Source: Actinomycetota bacterium (GTDB lineage Bacteria; Actinomycetota; Coriobacteriia; Anaerosomatales; UBA912). Taken from it: a stretch of 64,000 nt of DNA. Position 1 is the stretch's first letter; each line of letters begins with the position of its first letter. The DNA lies in the NCBI GenBank assembly GCA_023488435.1, contig JAMDCK010000059.1, forward strand, positions 9,910 through 73,909. The letters are read 5' to 3'. Made by a program: the position numbers and the translations under genes. Positions 8,814 through 18,000 of the stretch are shown piece by piece. The notes under the pieces were generated by a model. That model saw nothing but the letters and a program-made list of their open reading frames with translations, ran no database searches and was not told where the DNA came from.

Positions 8814-10033
8814 GCGACGCTGCCTTCTCGGCGTTTGCCCGGCCTTTTGAGAACACTACGCAACGCCGAAAGGCTTGGGATCTTCCTTCGGGGGGTGTAG
8901 GCCGCGATAGTGGCCATGTAGTGATTCTCTAGGCGCTCCGCCTGACGTGCTATCGAGAAGGCCTCGACTGCTTCAGATGCGCTTTGCGCATACTGCCGAA
9001 GCATCGCTTCGTCCGCCAAGAGTGAATCGAAGGCAGCGGCAATGGACTCAGCGCGATGCGGGGTGATCAAGCCATTCACTTCATGGGTGACGAAGTCGCA
9101 AGTGGCTGGATCCCTGACCGCGATCACGGGTAACCCGGCTGCCATCGCTTCGGCAATCACCAAGCCCTGAGTCTCGGTGGTGGAGGCGAATGCGAATGCG
9201 TCTGCCAAGTGGTAGGCGGCAACCGAATCAGCCCCTTGCAGGTAGCCAGCGAAGGTAACCTGACTCTCTATCCCGAGCTCCCTCGACAGCGATTCCAGTT
9301 CACTGCGATACGGTCCGTCGCCGCATATGAGGAGACGGACCTTAGGCAGCCGAGTATGCCATAGTGCATGAAGAAGCAGTTCAACGTTCTTCTCCCGGCC
9401 CAATCGGCCCATGAACATCAGGATCTTTTCGTCGGCAGGAATGGCAAGTCTTTCCTTTATGGCAACCACTCTTGAAGGATCAGGATTTGCGTATCGGTCG
9501 ATGTCGACCCCTGTCGAAATGACCTCAATCCTGCGCCGAACCCCCCAGTCATATAGGTAGCCCTCGACTTTGCTTGACGGCGCAATTATGGAGTCGCAGG
9601 CATCACAGAACTCCCGAGAGAGCACCTCTGCTAGTTTGCGGGTAAGCCTGGTCTCCCAGATGTAGTGAACATATTCCGGGTAGAGAGTGTGATAGGTGTG
9701 GACGTATGGAACGCGGTGACGTCGGGCAACATTGAGGCCAAAGAGTCCGATGCTGAACGGATCGTGAGAATGCACGATGTCGAAGTCGACCTCATCCAAT
9801 ACGCGCAGCGCATCCATCGATATTGGAAGCGCCACGCGCATCTCTTTCTGGAACATGAAAGGAATCGAGGGAAAGCGGACTGTAACCTCGCCATCCTCAT
9901 GGTGGTCTGGGTCGGGCGCGAAGACGTAGACCTCGTGCCCACGTTGCTCGAGCGCCTCTTTGAACAGCCGAATGGAGTGGACCACGCCGTTGATCTGCGG
10001 AGTGTATGTATCAGTAAAGAACCCGATCTTCAT
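8783..10033 (-). CDS. GT4-family glycosyltransferase (diacylglycerol glycosyltransferase-like)
   Basis: From ATG 10033 the protein reads MKIGFFTDTYTPQINGVVHS..., a typical GT4 N-terminus. The C-terminal part has a GT1/GT4 motif region (ASTTETQGLVIAEAMAAGLPVIA). The track start at 10135 is an upstream extension. The 3' end overlaps ubiX convergently by 31 nt. Confidence 0.8.
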   Translation of the reverse strand: MKIGFFTDTYTPQINGVVHSIRLFKEALEQRGHEVYVFAPDPDHHEDGEVTVRFPSIPFMFQKEMRVALPISMDALRVLDEVDFDIVHSHDPFSIGLFGLNVARRHRVPYVHTYHTLYPEYVHYIWETRLTRKLAEVLSREFCDACDSIIAPSSKVEGYLYDWGVRRRIEVISTGVDIDRYANPDPSRVVAIKERLAIPADEKILMFMGRLGREKNVELLLHALWHTRLPKVRLLICGDGPYRSELESLSRELGIESQVTFAGYLQGADSVAAYHLADAFAFASTTETQGLVIAEAMAAGLPVIAVRDPATCDFVTHEVNGLITPHRAESIAAAFDSLLADEAMLRQYAQSASEAVEAFSIARQAERLENHYMATIAAYTPRRKIPSLSALRSVLKRPGKRREGSVAYSPHLEKSS

Positions 10034-10222
10034 GCGCCGAATAACTCCTCTACACTTCGGTAATCCAGTTGTTGAAAACGTGCAGCAAGCCGGTGCGTTC
10101 TGCCAAAGTGTAGCCGTGCTTGACGAATTGAGCAAAAGCGAGGATGATTCTGTTGGGTCTGTAGTCGCACGACAGTAATCGTAGTTGAATCGTAGCCATC
10201 GTCGTAGCAGGAGGTTGCAGAA

Positions 10223-10378
10223 ATGACCCTAGCCCAAGCGCGTAAGCGCTATCCGCTCGTTCCCACGGAGATCATCCGATGGGCCCTCGAGAACATCCCA
10301 GATTTGACCGACGTTGAACGTGGATTGTATCGACTCGAGCAGGCGAAACGCTTGCAGATCAAGTATTCGGGCTCATAG
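10223..10378 (+). CDS. Hypothetical small protein (51 aa)
   Basis: ATG 10223 is preceded by a perfect SD AGGAGG (10209..10214, 8-nt spacer). The translation is MTLAQARKRYPLVPTEIIRWALENIPDLTDVERGLYRLEQAKRLQIKYSGS. It is below the 60-aa cut-off of the ORF track and I recognise no family. Confidence 0.35.
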   Translation: MTLAQARKRYPLVPTEIIRWALENIPDLTDVERGLYRLEQAKRLQIKYSGS

Positions 10379-10466
10379 TCGGATCACACAACCCAACTAA
10401 CGTCTAGAGAATCCTCTCGCGCCGTTGGGTCGACCGCGTTCGAAACTCACCAAATGAGCGCTAGCA

Positions 10467-10540
10467 TGGAGGCGACGCCCGGATTCGAACCGGGGATAAG
10501 GGCTTTGCAGGCCCCTGCCTTACCACTTGGCCACGTCGCC
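10467..10540 (-). tRNA. tRNA-Cys (GCA)
   Basis: The reverse complement GGCGACGTGGCCAAGTGGTAAGGCAGGGGCCTGCAAAGCCCTTATCCCCGGTTCGAATCCGGGCGTCGCCTCCA folds as a cloverleaf. It has a 7-bp acceptor stem, anticodon loop CTGCAAA, T-loop TTCGAAT and an encoded CCA. Confidence 0.92.
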
Positions 10541-10605
10541 ATCTCTTGCTGCCAGAACCACTCCAGAAAGCCCGTGCGGGCACCATGAGCGGAAGTGAGA
10601 ATAAA

Positions 10606-10681
10606 TGGAGCGGACGACGGGATTCGAACCCGCGACCCCAACCTTGGCAAGGTTGTGCTCTACCAACTGAGCCACGTCCGC
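10606..10681 (-). tRNA. tRNA-Gly (GCC)
   Basis: The reverse complement GCGGACGTGGCTCAGTTGGTAGAGCACAACCTTGCCAAGGTTGGGGTCGCGGGTTCGAATCCCGTCGTCCGCTCCA folds as a cloverleaf with anticodon loop TTGCCAA and an encoded CCA. Confidence 0.92.
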
Positions 10682-10692
10682 ACGCGAAGGGT

Positions 10693-10722
10693 AGTGTAGC
10701 AAGGGGCTATCATGCCGTGCAA
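10693..10722 (-). promoter_or_regulatory. Candidate sigma-70-type promoter for the tRNA-Gly/tRNA-Cys transcript
   Basis: On the minus strand the sequence is TTGCAC (-35), an 18-nt spacer, then TACACT (-10). The -10 element ends about 11 nt upstream of the tRNA-Gly 5' end. Confidence 0.35.
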
Positions 10723-10813
10723 GTCCGTCCTTCGGGAAACTCCATGCAGATATCCTTTCCTGCCGAGAAAGGATTGATTGGAGAGCCGTCTGGATAGAAT
10801 TTCATGTTCCCTG

Positions 10814-10841
10814 TTGGCATTTTCAGCAAGATTGGTACAAT
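10814..10841 (+). promoter_or_regulatory. Candidate sigma-70-type promoter for tRNA-Val (and possibly the downstream mrp cluster)
   Basis: The sequence is TTGGCA (-35, 10814..10819), a 16-nt spacer, then TACAAT (-10, 10836..10841) preceded by TGG (extended -10-like). It lies about 48 nt upstream of the tRNA-Val 5' end. Confidence 0.45.
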
Positions 10842-10849
10842 GGCGTTCG

Positions 10850-10881
10850 TTCTAGTCGCTTTCTAGTAGCCTTCTAGTCGC
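10850..10881 (+). repeat. Three head-to-tail 11-bp repeats (TTCTAGTCGC t TTCTAGTAGC c TTCTAGTCGC)
   Basis: Read directly from the sequence. Copies lie at 10850..10859, 10861..10870 and 10872..10881, and each contains CTAG. They sit between the candidate -10 box and the tRNA-Val 5' end. Confidence 0.8.
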
Positions 10882-10888
10882 ACCGGAC

Positions 10889-10963
10889 GGGCGCTTAGCT
10901 CAGGGGGAGAGCGCTTCCTTGACACGGAAGAGGTCAGAGGTTCAAATCCTCTAGCGCCCACCA
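10889..10963 (+). tRNA. tRNA-Val (GAC)
   Basis: GGGCGCTTAGCTCAGGGGGAGAGCGCTTCCTTGACACGGAAGAGGTCAGAGGTTCAAATCCTCTAGCGCCCACCA folds as a cloverleaf with anticodon loop TTGACAC and an encoded CCA. Confidence 0.92.
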
Positions 10964-10990
10964 TCGCATCGGCTGAAAGGGTGAGGTAGC

Positions 10991-11086
10991 ATGCCAAAGA
11001 AGCTGATCAAGAAATCGATCGACAAGAAGCTGAAAAAGACGATAGCAAAGTTGCTCAAGAAGTATCTGAAGAAGTGGTCAGGCTAG
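10991..11086 (+). CDS. Lysine-rich amphipathic micro-protein (31 aa), hypothetical
   Basis: The ATG is preceded by GGGTGAGG. The translation is MPKKLIKKSIDKKLKKTIAKLLKKYLKKWSG (13 of 31 residues are Lys, with hydrophobic residues at helical periodicity). Its stop TAG overlaps a GTG (11086) in the mnhE frame as TAGTG, the same stop/start overlap seen between the hydrogenase small and large subunit genes. Confidence 0.4.
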   Translation: MPKKLIKKSIDKKLKKTIAKLLKKYLKKWSG

Positions 11087-11667
11087 TGAACTCCAGCGTG
11101 ACCTCTGTGTCCGGTGCAGCACCTTCGCGTCTGCGACTCGCTATAGGATTCGCTATATACTGCGTTGTGTTCGGTGCCATCTGGGTTGTTTTGACGAATG
11201 GCCACACCAGCTCATGGATGTTCGGTATTCCTTTCACTGCATTCGCAGCCCTGGTTTCCTCAGCAATGTCGCCGATTACTCGGCTGCCTATAAGGCCGCT
11301 GGCATTGATTCGATTCCTCGCCTACTTCCTACGCAACTCAGTCGTCGGTGGCGTTGATGTGGCCTTGCGGGCACTCCAGCCGAGCATGCCGCTGACCCCC
11401 GGGATCGTGGTCTGCAGTCTTCGGCTGCCAACTCCTACTACTCGTGCGCTTTTGGCATACACAGTGAGCTTGTTGCCGGGTACTTTGAGTTCCGGGCTGG
11501 AGGACGAGGTGATCGCCCTTCATGTTCTGGACACTGAGCAACCAGTTCTTGTGGAGATTAGGAGAATCGAGAATCTGATAGCGGACATCATGGGGATCGA
11601 GCTCCTAGAGCTTCCTGCTGTTCCCTCTGTTGAGAAAACATCCCAAGACGGTGACTTGAATGCCTGA
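11074..11667 (+). CDS. mnhE: Mrp/Mnh-type cation:proton antiporter subunit E
   Basis: MnhE-like sequence (FLAYFLRNSVVGGVDVALRAL ... LLAYTVSLLPGTLS ... IALHVLD). The start is GTG 11074 or GTG 11086. Confidence 0.75.
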   Translation: MVRLVNSSVTSVSGAAPSRLRLAIGFAIYCVVFGAIWVVLTNGHTSSWMFGIPFTAFAALVSSAMSPITRLPIRPLALIRFLAYFLRNSVVGGVDVALRALQPSMPLTPGIVVCSLRLPTPTTRALLAYTVSLLPGTLSSGLEDEVIALHVLDTEQPVLVEIRRIENLIADIMGIELLELPAVPSVEKTSQDGDLNA

Positions 11668-11950
11668 GGGCGTCTTTGTCGGATTCGCTATCGTCATATT
11701 CATTACCATGTTACTCGGGTTTATACGTGTCGAGAGGGGGCCAACTGCTGCCGATAGGATGCTCGCAGCGCAGCTGTTCGGCACAACCGGTGTAGCTTTG
11801 ATGTTGCTTCTGGCTGAGGCGTTTCAGGTTCCCGCACTTCGCGATGTCGCGCTCGTTTTAGCATTGTTGGCCGCCGTTACCGGGATTGCTTTTGTGAAGC
11901 GAGCTAATCAAATACAGGGCTCAGAGACACCCGGTGGGACCGTATCATGA
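11660..11950 (+). CDS. mnhF: Mrp/Mnh antiporter subunit F
   Basis: 96 aa with 3 TM. The motif RVERGPTAADRMLAAQLFGTTGVAL is typical of MnhF. It overlaps the mnhE stop. Confidence 0.8.
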   Translation: MPEGVFVGFAIVIFITMLLGFIRVERGPTAADRMLAAQLFGTTGVALMLLLAEAFQVPALRDVALVLALLAAVTGIAFVKRANQIQGSETPGGTVS

Positions 11951-12249
11951 GCTGGATGGACTTCCTCGTCATCGCGCTTCTAATTGTTTCGACTGCGTTT
12001 TTCATCGTTGGAACTATCGGTCTACTCAGGTTTCCCGATGTCTATTCCAGACTTCATGCATTGACTAAAGCCGACAACCTTGGTCTGGGAATTCTGATCT
12101 TGGCGCTGGCGCTCAATTCGGCCTCAGGACTGGTTTCCATACGTCTCATGCTCACATGGGTTTTGGTTCTGGTAGCCACTGCAACTACGAGCCATCTCAT
12201 TGCACGGGCCGCTCGTGAAAGTGGCGTTGATCCATGGGTGAAGCCATGA
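11947..12249 (+). CDS. mnhG: Mrp/Mnh antiporter subunit G
   Basis: 100 aa. The motif GTIGLLRFPDVYSRLHALTKADNLG is typical of MnhG. ATGA overlap with mnhF. Confidence 0.85.
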   Translation: MSWMDFLVIALLIVSTAFFIVGTIGLLRFPDVYSRLHALTKADNLGLGILILALALNSASGLVSIRLMLTWVLVLVATATTSHLIARAARESGVDPWVKP

Positions 12250-12545
12250 ATAGTCCAGTACTGTGGCTCGACATCCTAGTCGTTGTGATACTCATCCTCC
12301 TTTCCATTCGCATTTTCTCGGAGGCAAGTCTGTTCAAATCCGTCGTACTGTTCATCGCGCTTGGGCTGTTCGTCTCCTTCGCATGGGTCAAGCTGGCGGC
12401 ACCGGACGTTGCACTTGCGGAGGCCGCGTTAGGAGCGGGAATCACCGGAGCTCTCTTGCTTGACACTGTCGGACACCTGAGGGGTCGCAGTGTTCCATAC
12501 TCAAAGCATCAGAGTCCCGAAGACAGGACGTCGCAGAATGCCTGA
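12246..12545 (+). CDS. DUF4040-type small membrane subunit (MrpA C-terminal domain / MbhD-like)
   Basis: 99 aa from ATG 12246 (ATGA overlap with the mnhG stop). It has hydrophobic helices and the motif APDVALAEAALGAGITGALLL, characteristic of the DUF4040 module. Confidence 0.65.
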   Translation: MNSPVLWLDILVVVILILLSIRIFSEASLFKSVVLFIALGLFVSFAWVKLAAPDVALAEAALGAGITGALLLDTVGHLRGRSVPYSKHQSPEDRTSQNA

Positions 12546-13254
12546 CAACATCGAGCGTCCAACCAGGGCGCAGCACTTGATCGCCGTAGGGCTACTGGGG
12601 ACTGTGTTTCTCTTGCTTGCGCGAGCGGTATTGTCCATACCTATGGCCGAAACTGGGGTTTCTGCTGCAATTCAAGACAACATTGACGTCAGTGGTGTTA
12701 TCAATCCTGTCACTGCTGTCCTGTTGAACTTCCGGGCTTGGGACACTCTTTTGGAGATTGCAGTTTTGGTCCTGGCCATCATCGGAGTTCTTTCCCTCCA
12801 GCGCGATGGAGTTCTTGTGTCGGCTCGGATGGCTCCGAAGGCGGATCCGGTTCTTTCGCTACTCACCAGGATCCTCGTTCCGCTGATGATCCTGGTCGCG
12901 GGATACCTGCTGTGGGCGGGAGAGAAGGCTCCCGGCGGTGCTTTCCAGGCTGGGTCCATACTTGGAGCTGCAGGGGTTCTTATCAGTCTCTCGGGCCACG
13001 TCCGTCCCGGGTGGCTTTCTCCATTGATAGTGAAGGTGATCATCGCAGTCGGGTTCGTTGTTTTCCTAGTAGCCGCTGTAATCCCCATGTTCTTCGACAA
13101 GAACCTACTCGAGTACCCGCTCAATCTAGCCAAGACACTGATCATCGTCATTGAGACCTGGCTAACGCTATCGATTGGAATGATCTTGGTCACAATGTTC
13201 CTATCCTCAGCAGCTCCACTTAGGGATGAGTTCGATGGGAGCGATCCGCTGTGA
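12538..13254 (+). CDS. mnhB: Mrp/Mnh antiporter subunit B
   Basis: It carries the MnhB signature NPVTAVLLNFRAWDTLLEIAVLVLAIIGV. The start ATG 12538 overlaps the preceding gene by 8 nt. Confidence 0.8.
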   Translation: MPDNIERPTRAQHLIAVGLLGTVFLLLARAVLSIPMAETGVSAAIQDNIDVSGVINPVTAVLLNFRAWDTLLEIAVLVLAIIGVLSLQRDGVLVSARMAPKADPVLSLLTRILVPLMILVAGYLLWAGEKAPGGAFQAGSILGAAGVLISLSGHVRPGWLSPLIVKVIIAVGFVVFLVAAVIPMFFDKNLLEYPLNLAKTLIIVIETWLTLSIGMILVTMFLSSAAPLRDEFDGSDPL

Positions 13255-13562
13255 CTCAGATAGAGATATATCTTCTCGCCGGGGCTGCGATGTTCTGCAT
13301 TGGGCTCTACGGACTCGTCGTTCGGCCGCACCTGCTACACAAAGTGATGGGGCTGAACGTGATGGCAGTGGCAGTTTTCTTAGTGCTTATAGCGATTGCA
13401 CGCAGAGTTCCGGGGCCCACTCCCGACGCGCTTCCCCATGCGATGGTGTTGACCGGAATCGTCGTTTCCGTGGCGGCTACCGCGTACTCCCTCGCATTGA
13501 TCAAGCGAATATATACCGAGACAGGTGCCGTTACCTTGCGGGAGACAGATGACGATGTTTGA
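13251..13562 (+). CDS. mnhC: Mrp/Mnh antiporter subunit C (NuoK-like)
   Basis: 103 aa with 3 TM (LLAGAAMFCIGLYGLVVRPHLLHKVMGLNVM). GTGA overlap with mnhB. Confidence 0.85.
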   Translation: MTQIEIYLLAGAAMFCIGLYGLVVRPHLLHKVMGLNVMAVAVFLVLIAIARRVPGPTPDALPHAMVLTGIVVSVAATAYSLALIKRIYTETGAVTLRETDDDV

Positions 13563-15039
13563 TGTCATCCAGTCCCAATTGCCGGCCATCACCATAGCGG
13601 TATTGCTGTTCGCCGCCTCTGGAGCGTTCTTGGTTCGATTCGAAAGTGCAAGAGCGATAGCTCTGGTAGCCGCTATCTTGCAGCTCCTAATGGTTTCATG
13701 GATGACATGGATCGTTGTCGGTCAAGAGGCTGTATGGGTGTACACCGTCGGGGGATGGGGGGCACCGCTGGGAATCGACCTCACCATCGACGGCACGTCA
13801 GCGGTGATGATGCTTCTGACTGCCGTTGTGGGATGCGTGGTGACCATCTATTCGGCGGGCTACTTTCCGCCCAAAGATAGCTACCGACTTTTTTGGTCCC
13901 TGTGGTTGTTCTTGTGGGCCGCTATGTTCGCGCTTTTCGCATCCAATGATCTATTCAACTTGTATGTTTGCCTGGAGCTGCTGACGATTTCGGCAGTGGG
14001 ACTCGTAGCGATATCGGGTGAGAGGGCGGCTTTGTTCGCCGGCATGCGCTACATTCTTTCCGCACTGGCCGGATCTCTTATCTATCTGTTTGGTGTGGCC
14101 CTGGTGTATGCATCCACTGGCGTCCTTGATTTCGATCTTCTTGCCGCACAGGTCAGCGTCGATCCGACAACGCAGGCGGGTCTAGCTCTAATGGTCATAG
14201 GGCTCCTCCTGAAGACAGCTCTCTTCCCGATGCACTTTTGGCTCCCCCCCGCACATGCGAATGCGGTCGCGCCTGTTAGCGCGGTACTCTCAGCACTCGT
14301 TGTCAAAGGCTCCTTCTACATCATATTCAAGATCATGCACGTTTTTGTAGGACATGAAATGATTCCTGGCCTTGCCGAGGTTTTGGGAATTCTCGGAGTC
14401 TGCGCAATCATCTGGGGATCCGCGATGGCCCTGATGCAGAAGCGCTTGAAGATGTTGGTCGCCTATTCGACGGTTGCTCAGATCGGATACCTCTTTCTAT
14501 TGTTTCCGCTGGTGGCCGCTGCCGATGACGTTCAAACCGCTGTTCTTGCGGCCAGCGCAGGACTGTTTCACGCTGTGGCTCACGGACTGGCGAAAGGGGC
14601 TATGTTCCTGACGGCCGGGACCATAGTCAAAACATTGGGAAGTGATCACCTAGAGGATATGGCCGGACTTTCACGGTTCGCTCCGATACCGGCCTTCACT
14701 TTCGCCATTGCTGGAGTGTCGATGGTGGGACTTCCGCCATCCGGCGGTTTTGCGTCCAAGTGGTTGTATGTGACTTCGGCAATCGAAACCGGTGCATGGT
14801 GGTGGGCCGCCGCTGTGGTCGTGGGCGGACTATTGGCTGCTCTATACATATTCAAGGTCATCGCCTTGTTCATGGGGTCTGGCCAGCCGCCCGCCCAAGT
14901 CACTGTCTCCAACAGGACGATCACGGTTGCGCCCTTGGTTCTGGCCTTGATGTCGTTGGTGATTGGCGTTTTCGGTCAACCGATTCTGGATCTCCTGTAT
15001 CCGGCGGTTGAGTCTTTGGCTTCGGGGATGATGAGATGA
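13549..15039 (+). CDS. mnhD: Mrp/Mnh antiporter subunit D (NuoM/N-like antiporter module)
   Basis: Proton-antiporter core (LFPMHFWLPPAHANAVAPVSAVLSALVVKG; KMLVAYSTVAQIGYLF). The start is ATG 13549 or 13555 and overlaps the mnhC stop. Confidence 0.85.
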   Translation: MTMFDVIQSQLPAITIAVLLFAASGAFLVRFESARAIALVAAILQLLMVSWMTWIVVGQEAVWVYTVGGWGAPLGIDLTIDGTSAVMMLLTAVVGCVVTIYSAGYFPPKDSYRLFWSLWLFLWAAMFALFASNDLFNLYVCLELLTISAVGLVAISGERAALFAGMRYILSALAGSLIYLFGVALVYASTGVLDFDLLAAQVSVDPTTQAGLALMVIGLLLKTALFPMHFWLPPAHANAVAPVSAVLSALVVKGSFYIIFKIMHVFVGHEMIPGLAEVLGILGVCAIIWGSAMALMQKRLKMLVAYSTVAQIGYLFLLFPLVAAADDVQTAVLAASAGLFHAVAHGLAKGAMFLTAGTIVKTLGSDHLEDMAGLSRFAPIPAFTFAIAGVSMVGLPPSGGFASKWLYVTSAIETGAWWWAAAVVVGGLLAALYIFKVIALFMGSGQPPAQVTVSNRTITVAPLVLALMSLVIGVFGQPILDLLYPAVESLASGMMR

Positions 15040-18000
15040 GTCTTGTCCAAATCGCCTTACTGACAGCCGTTTTGGCTCCGTGGTTTTCTGCGGTCGTCAT
15101 CTTCTTGCTTGGTGAGAAGCGGCATCAAGCTCGCTTCGCCGTGGGCATCATAGGATCTGCTGTCACAACCGGGGCAGCCGGCTTTCTGGGAGTGCATCTT
15201 GCCCAAGGCGGTGCTGCCGCCACTCTTGGGGTCCCCCTTTTAGGGCTCACATTTGGATTGACCGTTGATCGACTTGGTGTCACATTCGCACTTCTAGCAG
15301 CCACCTTGTGGTTCGTAACGACTTTCTTTGCAACGGGCTACATGGCGCACCTGAAAGACAAGGCGCGATTCTTCGGATTCTTTGCGATATGCGTCGGCTC
15401 CGCGGTCGGCATCGCTTTTTCGTCGAACTTGTTGAGCCTCTTCATCTTCTATGAGGCGCTCACTCTGGCCACGTACCCGCTGGTTGCTCACAAGGGGTCG
15501 CAAGCGGCGATCAAGGGAGGCCGAACTTACCTAACGTACGCACTTACAGGCGGAGCAGTGCTTCTTGTAGGGGTTGTATGGCTTCATGCACTCGGCGGTG
15601 GAGCCTTCGTTTCCTCGGGCTCTATTCCCGAAGGGCTCTTAGGTACTCACTCGGTGCAGCTGACCGTGATCTTTGCGATGCTCATCGCCGGCTTCGGCGT
15701 CAAAGCTGCGTTGTTCCCAGCGCACGGGTGGCTCCCTGCCGCGATGGTGGCACCTGCTCCTGTCAGTGCTCTGTTGCATGCGGTTGCGGTGGTCAAGGCG
15801 GGCGTCTTCGGAATCGCCCGCGTGATCCTCGATGTCTTTGGAATCGAGGCAGCCTCGCTCCTCGGGGTGCTCGACCCACTGGCCTTGCTGGCAGGATTCA
15901 CCATCATCTACGCCTCGGTCAAGGCTCTCAAGCAGGACGACATCAAGAAGCGCCTCGCATATTCGACGATAGGACAACTCTCCTACATGGTGCTGGGGCT
16001 TGCCATAGGGACTCCGATTGCAATTGCGGCCGCACTTGCCCATCTCGTGCATCATGCGTTCCTCAAGATCACGATGTTCTTCACCGCTGGCGTACTGGCT
16101 GAGGAGGTCAAGATCACTCGAGTCAGCGAGATGGATGGAGTAGGCCGAAGGATGCCGTTGACCATGCTGGCGTTTTCACTTGCAGCATTGGGGATCATCG
16201 GAATTCCGCCCATCGCCGGCTTCGTCTCCAAGTGGGGACTGGGGCTCGGTGCGCTCGAAGACGGCCTTGTCTGGCCGCTGGCCGTGCTCGGCGTAAGTAG
16301 CGTGCTCAATGCCATATATCTGCTCCCAATGATCGGCCGCGCTTGGTTTGGTGCCCCCAAGCCTGAGTGGATGAACCTAGCCAAGCAAGGCTACAAGCGA
16401 TTTGAAGGGGAGCGGCTTCTCGTGTTGCCACTGCTCGTCACAGCTTGCCTTGGTGCCCTTATGGGCCCACTTGCTTTCCTGGAGCTCTCGCCGACTCGAT
16501 GGGCCTCCATGGTTTCAGACGCATCGAGCGTGATGTCTGTTCCGTGGCGAGCGGAGCCATTCCATCTGGACTTCACGGGGACCCTGTTCCTGGTCTTGGC
16601 TGGGGTAGTTTGGCTGGTGTCAGCGTTGTCCGCGTGGCGCGCCGAAGGTCACCACAAGTGGCGATTCCGAATATTTCTACTCATGGCAGCCAGCGGTTCG
16701 ATAGGCGTAGCCTTCGCTCATGATCCGGCCATGTTCTACACGTTCTATGCGATGATGGCGTTGTCGGCATATGGCTTGATCACACACTCGAACAGGGCCC
16801 AAAACCGCCGCGCAGGCCGAATTTACATGAGCTACACGGTATTCGGTGAGGCGCTTTTGCTTGCGGCGTTGATGATAGGGTCTTTCGGCACCGATACCTT
16901 CACAGCTGTACTAATCGATTCACTCTGGCGCGACATAGGCATTGGACTGCTGCTTGTAGCCTTCGGCATCAAGATAGGCGCAATCGGCGTTCATGCCTGG
17001 ATGCCGTCTGCTTACGATTCCGCCGCACCCGGAGTGGGTGCAGCGCTTGCGGGAGTGGCATCTTCGGCGGGGATCATTGGATTGGTCAGGTTCCTTCCGG
17101 GAGGCGTCATCGATCTTCCTGGTTGGGGTTCGGTGGCCATAGTCGCAGGTCTCATCGTTGCTATGTTTGCCGCCCTAGTGGGTTGCACACAGGTCAGACC
17201 CCGACGCGTCCTGGCCTATTCGAGCATGAGCCAGTTCGGCATCATGGCCGTCGGCATAGGGGCTGGCCTGGCTAGCTCTGAGGTTTGGCCTATCGCTGTC
17301 ACCGCGGTTGCGATCTATGTGGTTCATCATGGATTTGCGAAAGCCGCTCTTTTCGCTAGCGACGAGAGCGTAGCTCATGCAGCTACCAAGCGCTGGGCAC
17401 TGCCGATCATCGCATTTGCCGGACTGACTCTGGCGGGCATGCCGTTTACTAGCGGGGCCATTGCCAAATTGGCACTCAAGGACACTCTAGTGGCCCTTCC
17501 CGGTCAATGGGAGACATTCTTGGGTGTGATGCTCTCAGTGAGCGCAGTCGGCACAACCTTGTTGATGGCTAGATTCCTGCATCTTTCGTGGAAGGGGAGT
17601 TCAGACCAGGCAATTCGCTCAGACACACCTTCAGGGCTGGGCATCATCTCGATGGCGGTACTCGCGCTCTTCACGGGCATGTTCTTATGGATAATGCCTG
17701 ACCAAGTTATACAAGCTGCAGCCGAGAAAGCTCTCGGATTCTACGGAGCGGCAGACCTAGCGCTTCCGATCCTGATTGGCGTTGTAGCTTTCGCACTGGT
17801 TATGGCGTACTCCGTACGACGGACGGATATCCGATCGTTGGTACGCTTTCCGATTGTCGACCCTTGGGTAAGGTTGACAGAAATTGTCGATTCCTTCCTG
17901 CTGATCCGTAAACCCGAGGTCGCTGAAGCAAGGGCAGAGCCGGTAGACGACGGACCAATGACAGCGTTACACCGTGCAACTCTTGCAGAATCTTATCTTC

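Noticed and set aside
10400-11090. The tRNA cluster (Cys, Gly, Val) as an integration hot spot or boundary of a genomic island
   Set aside because: There is no integrase, no partial tRNA direct repeat (att-like) downstream, and the flanking genes (GT4, mrp) look like ordinary chromosomal functions.
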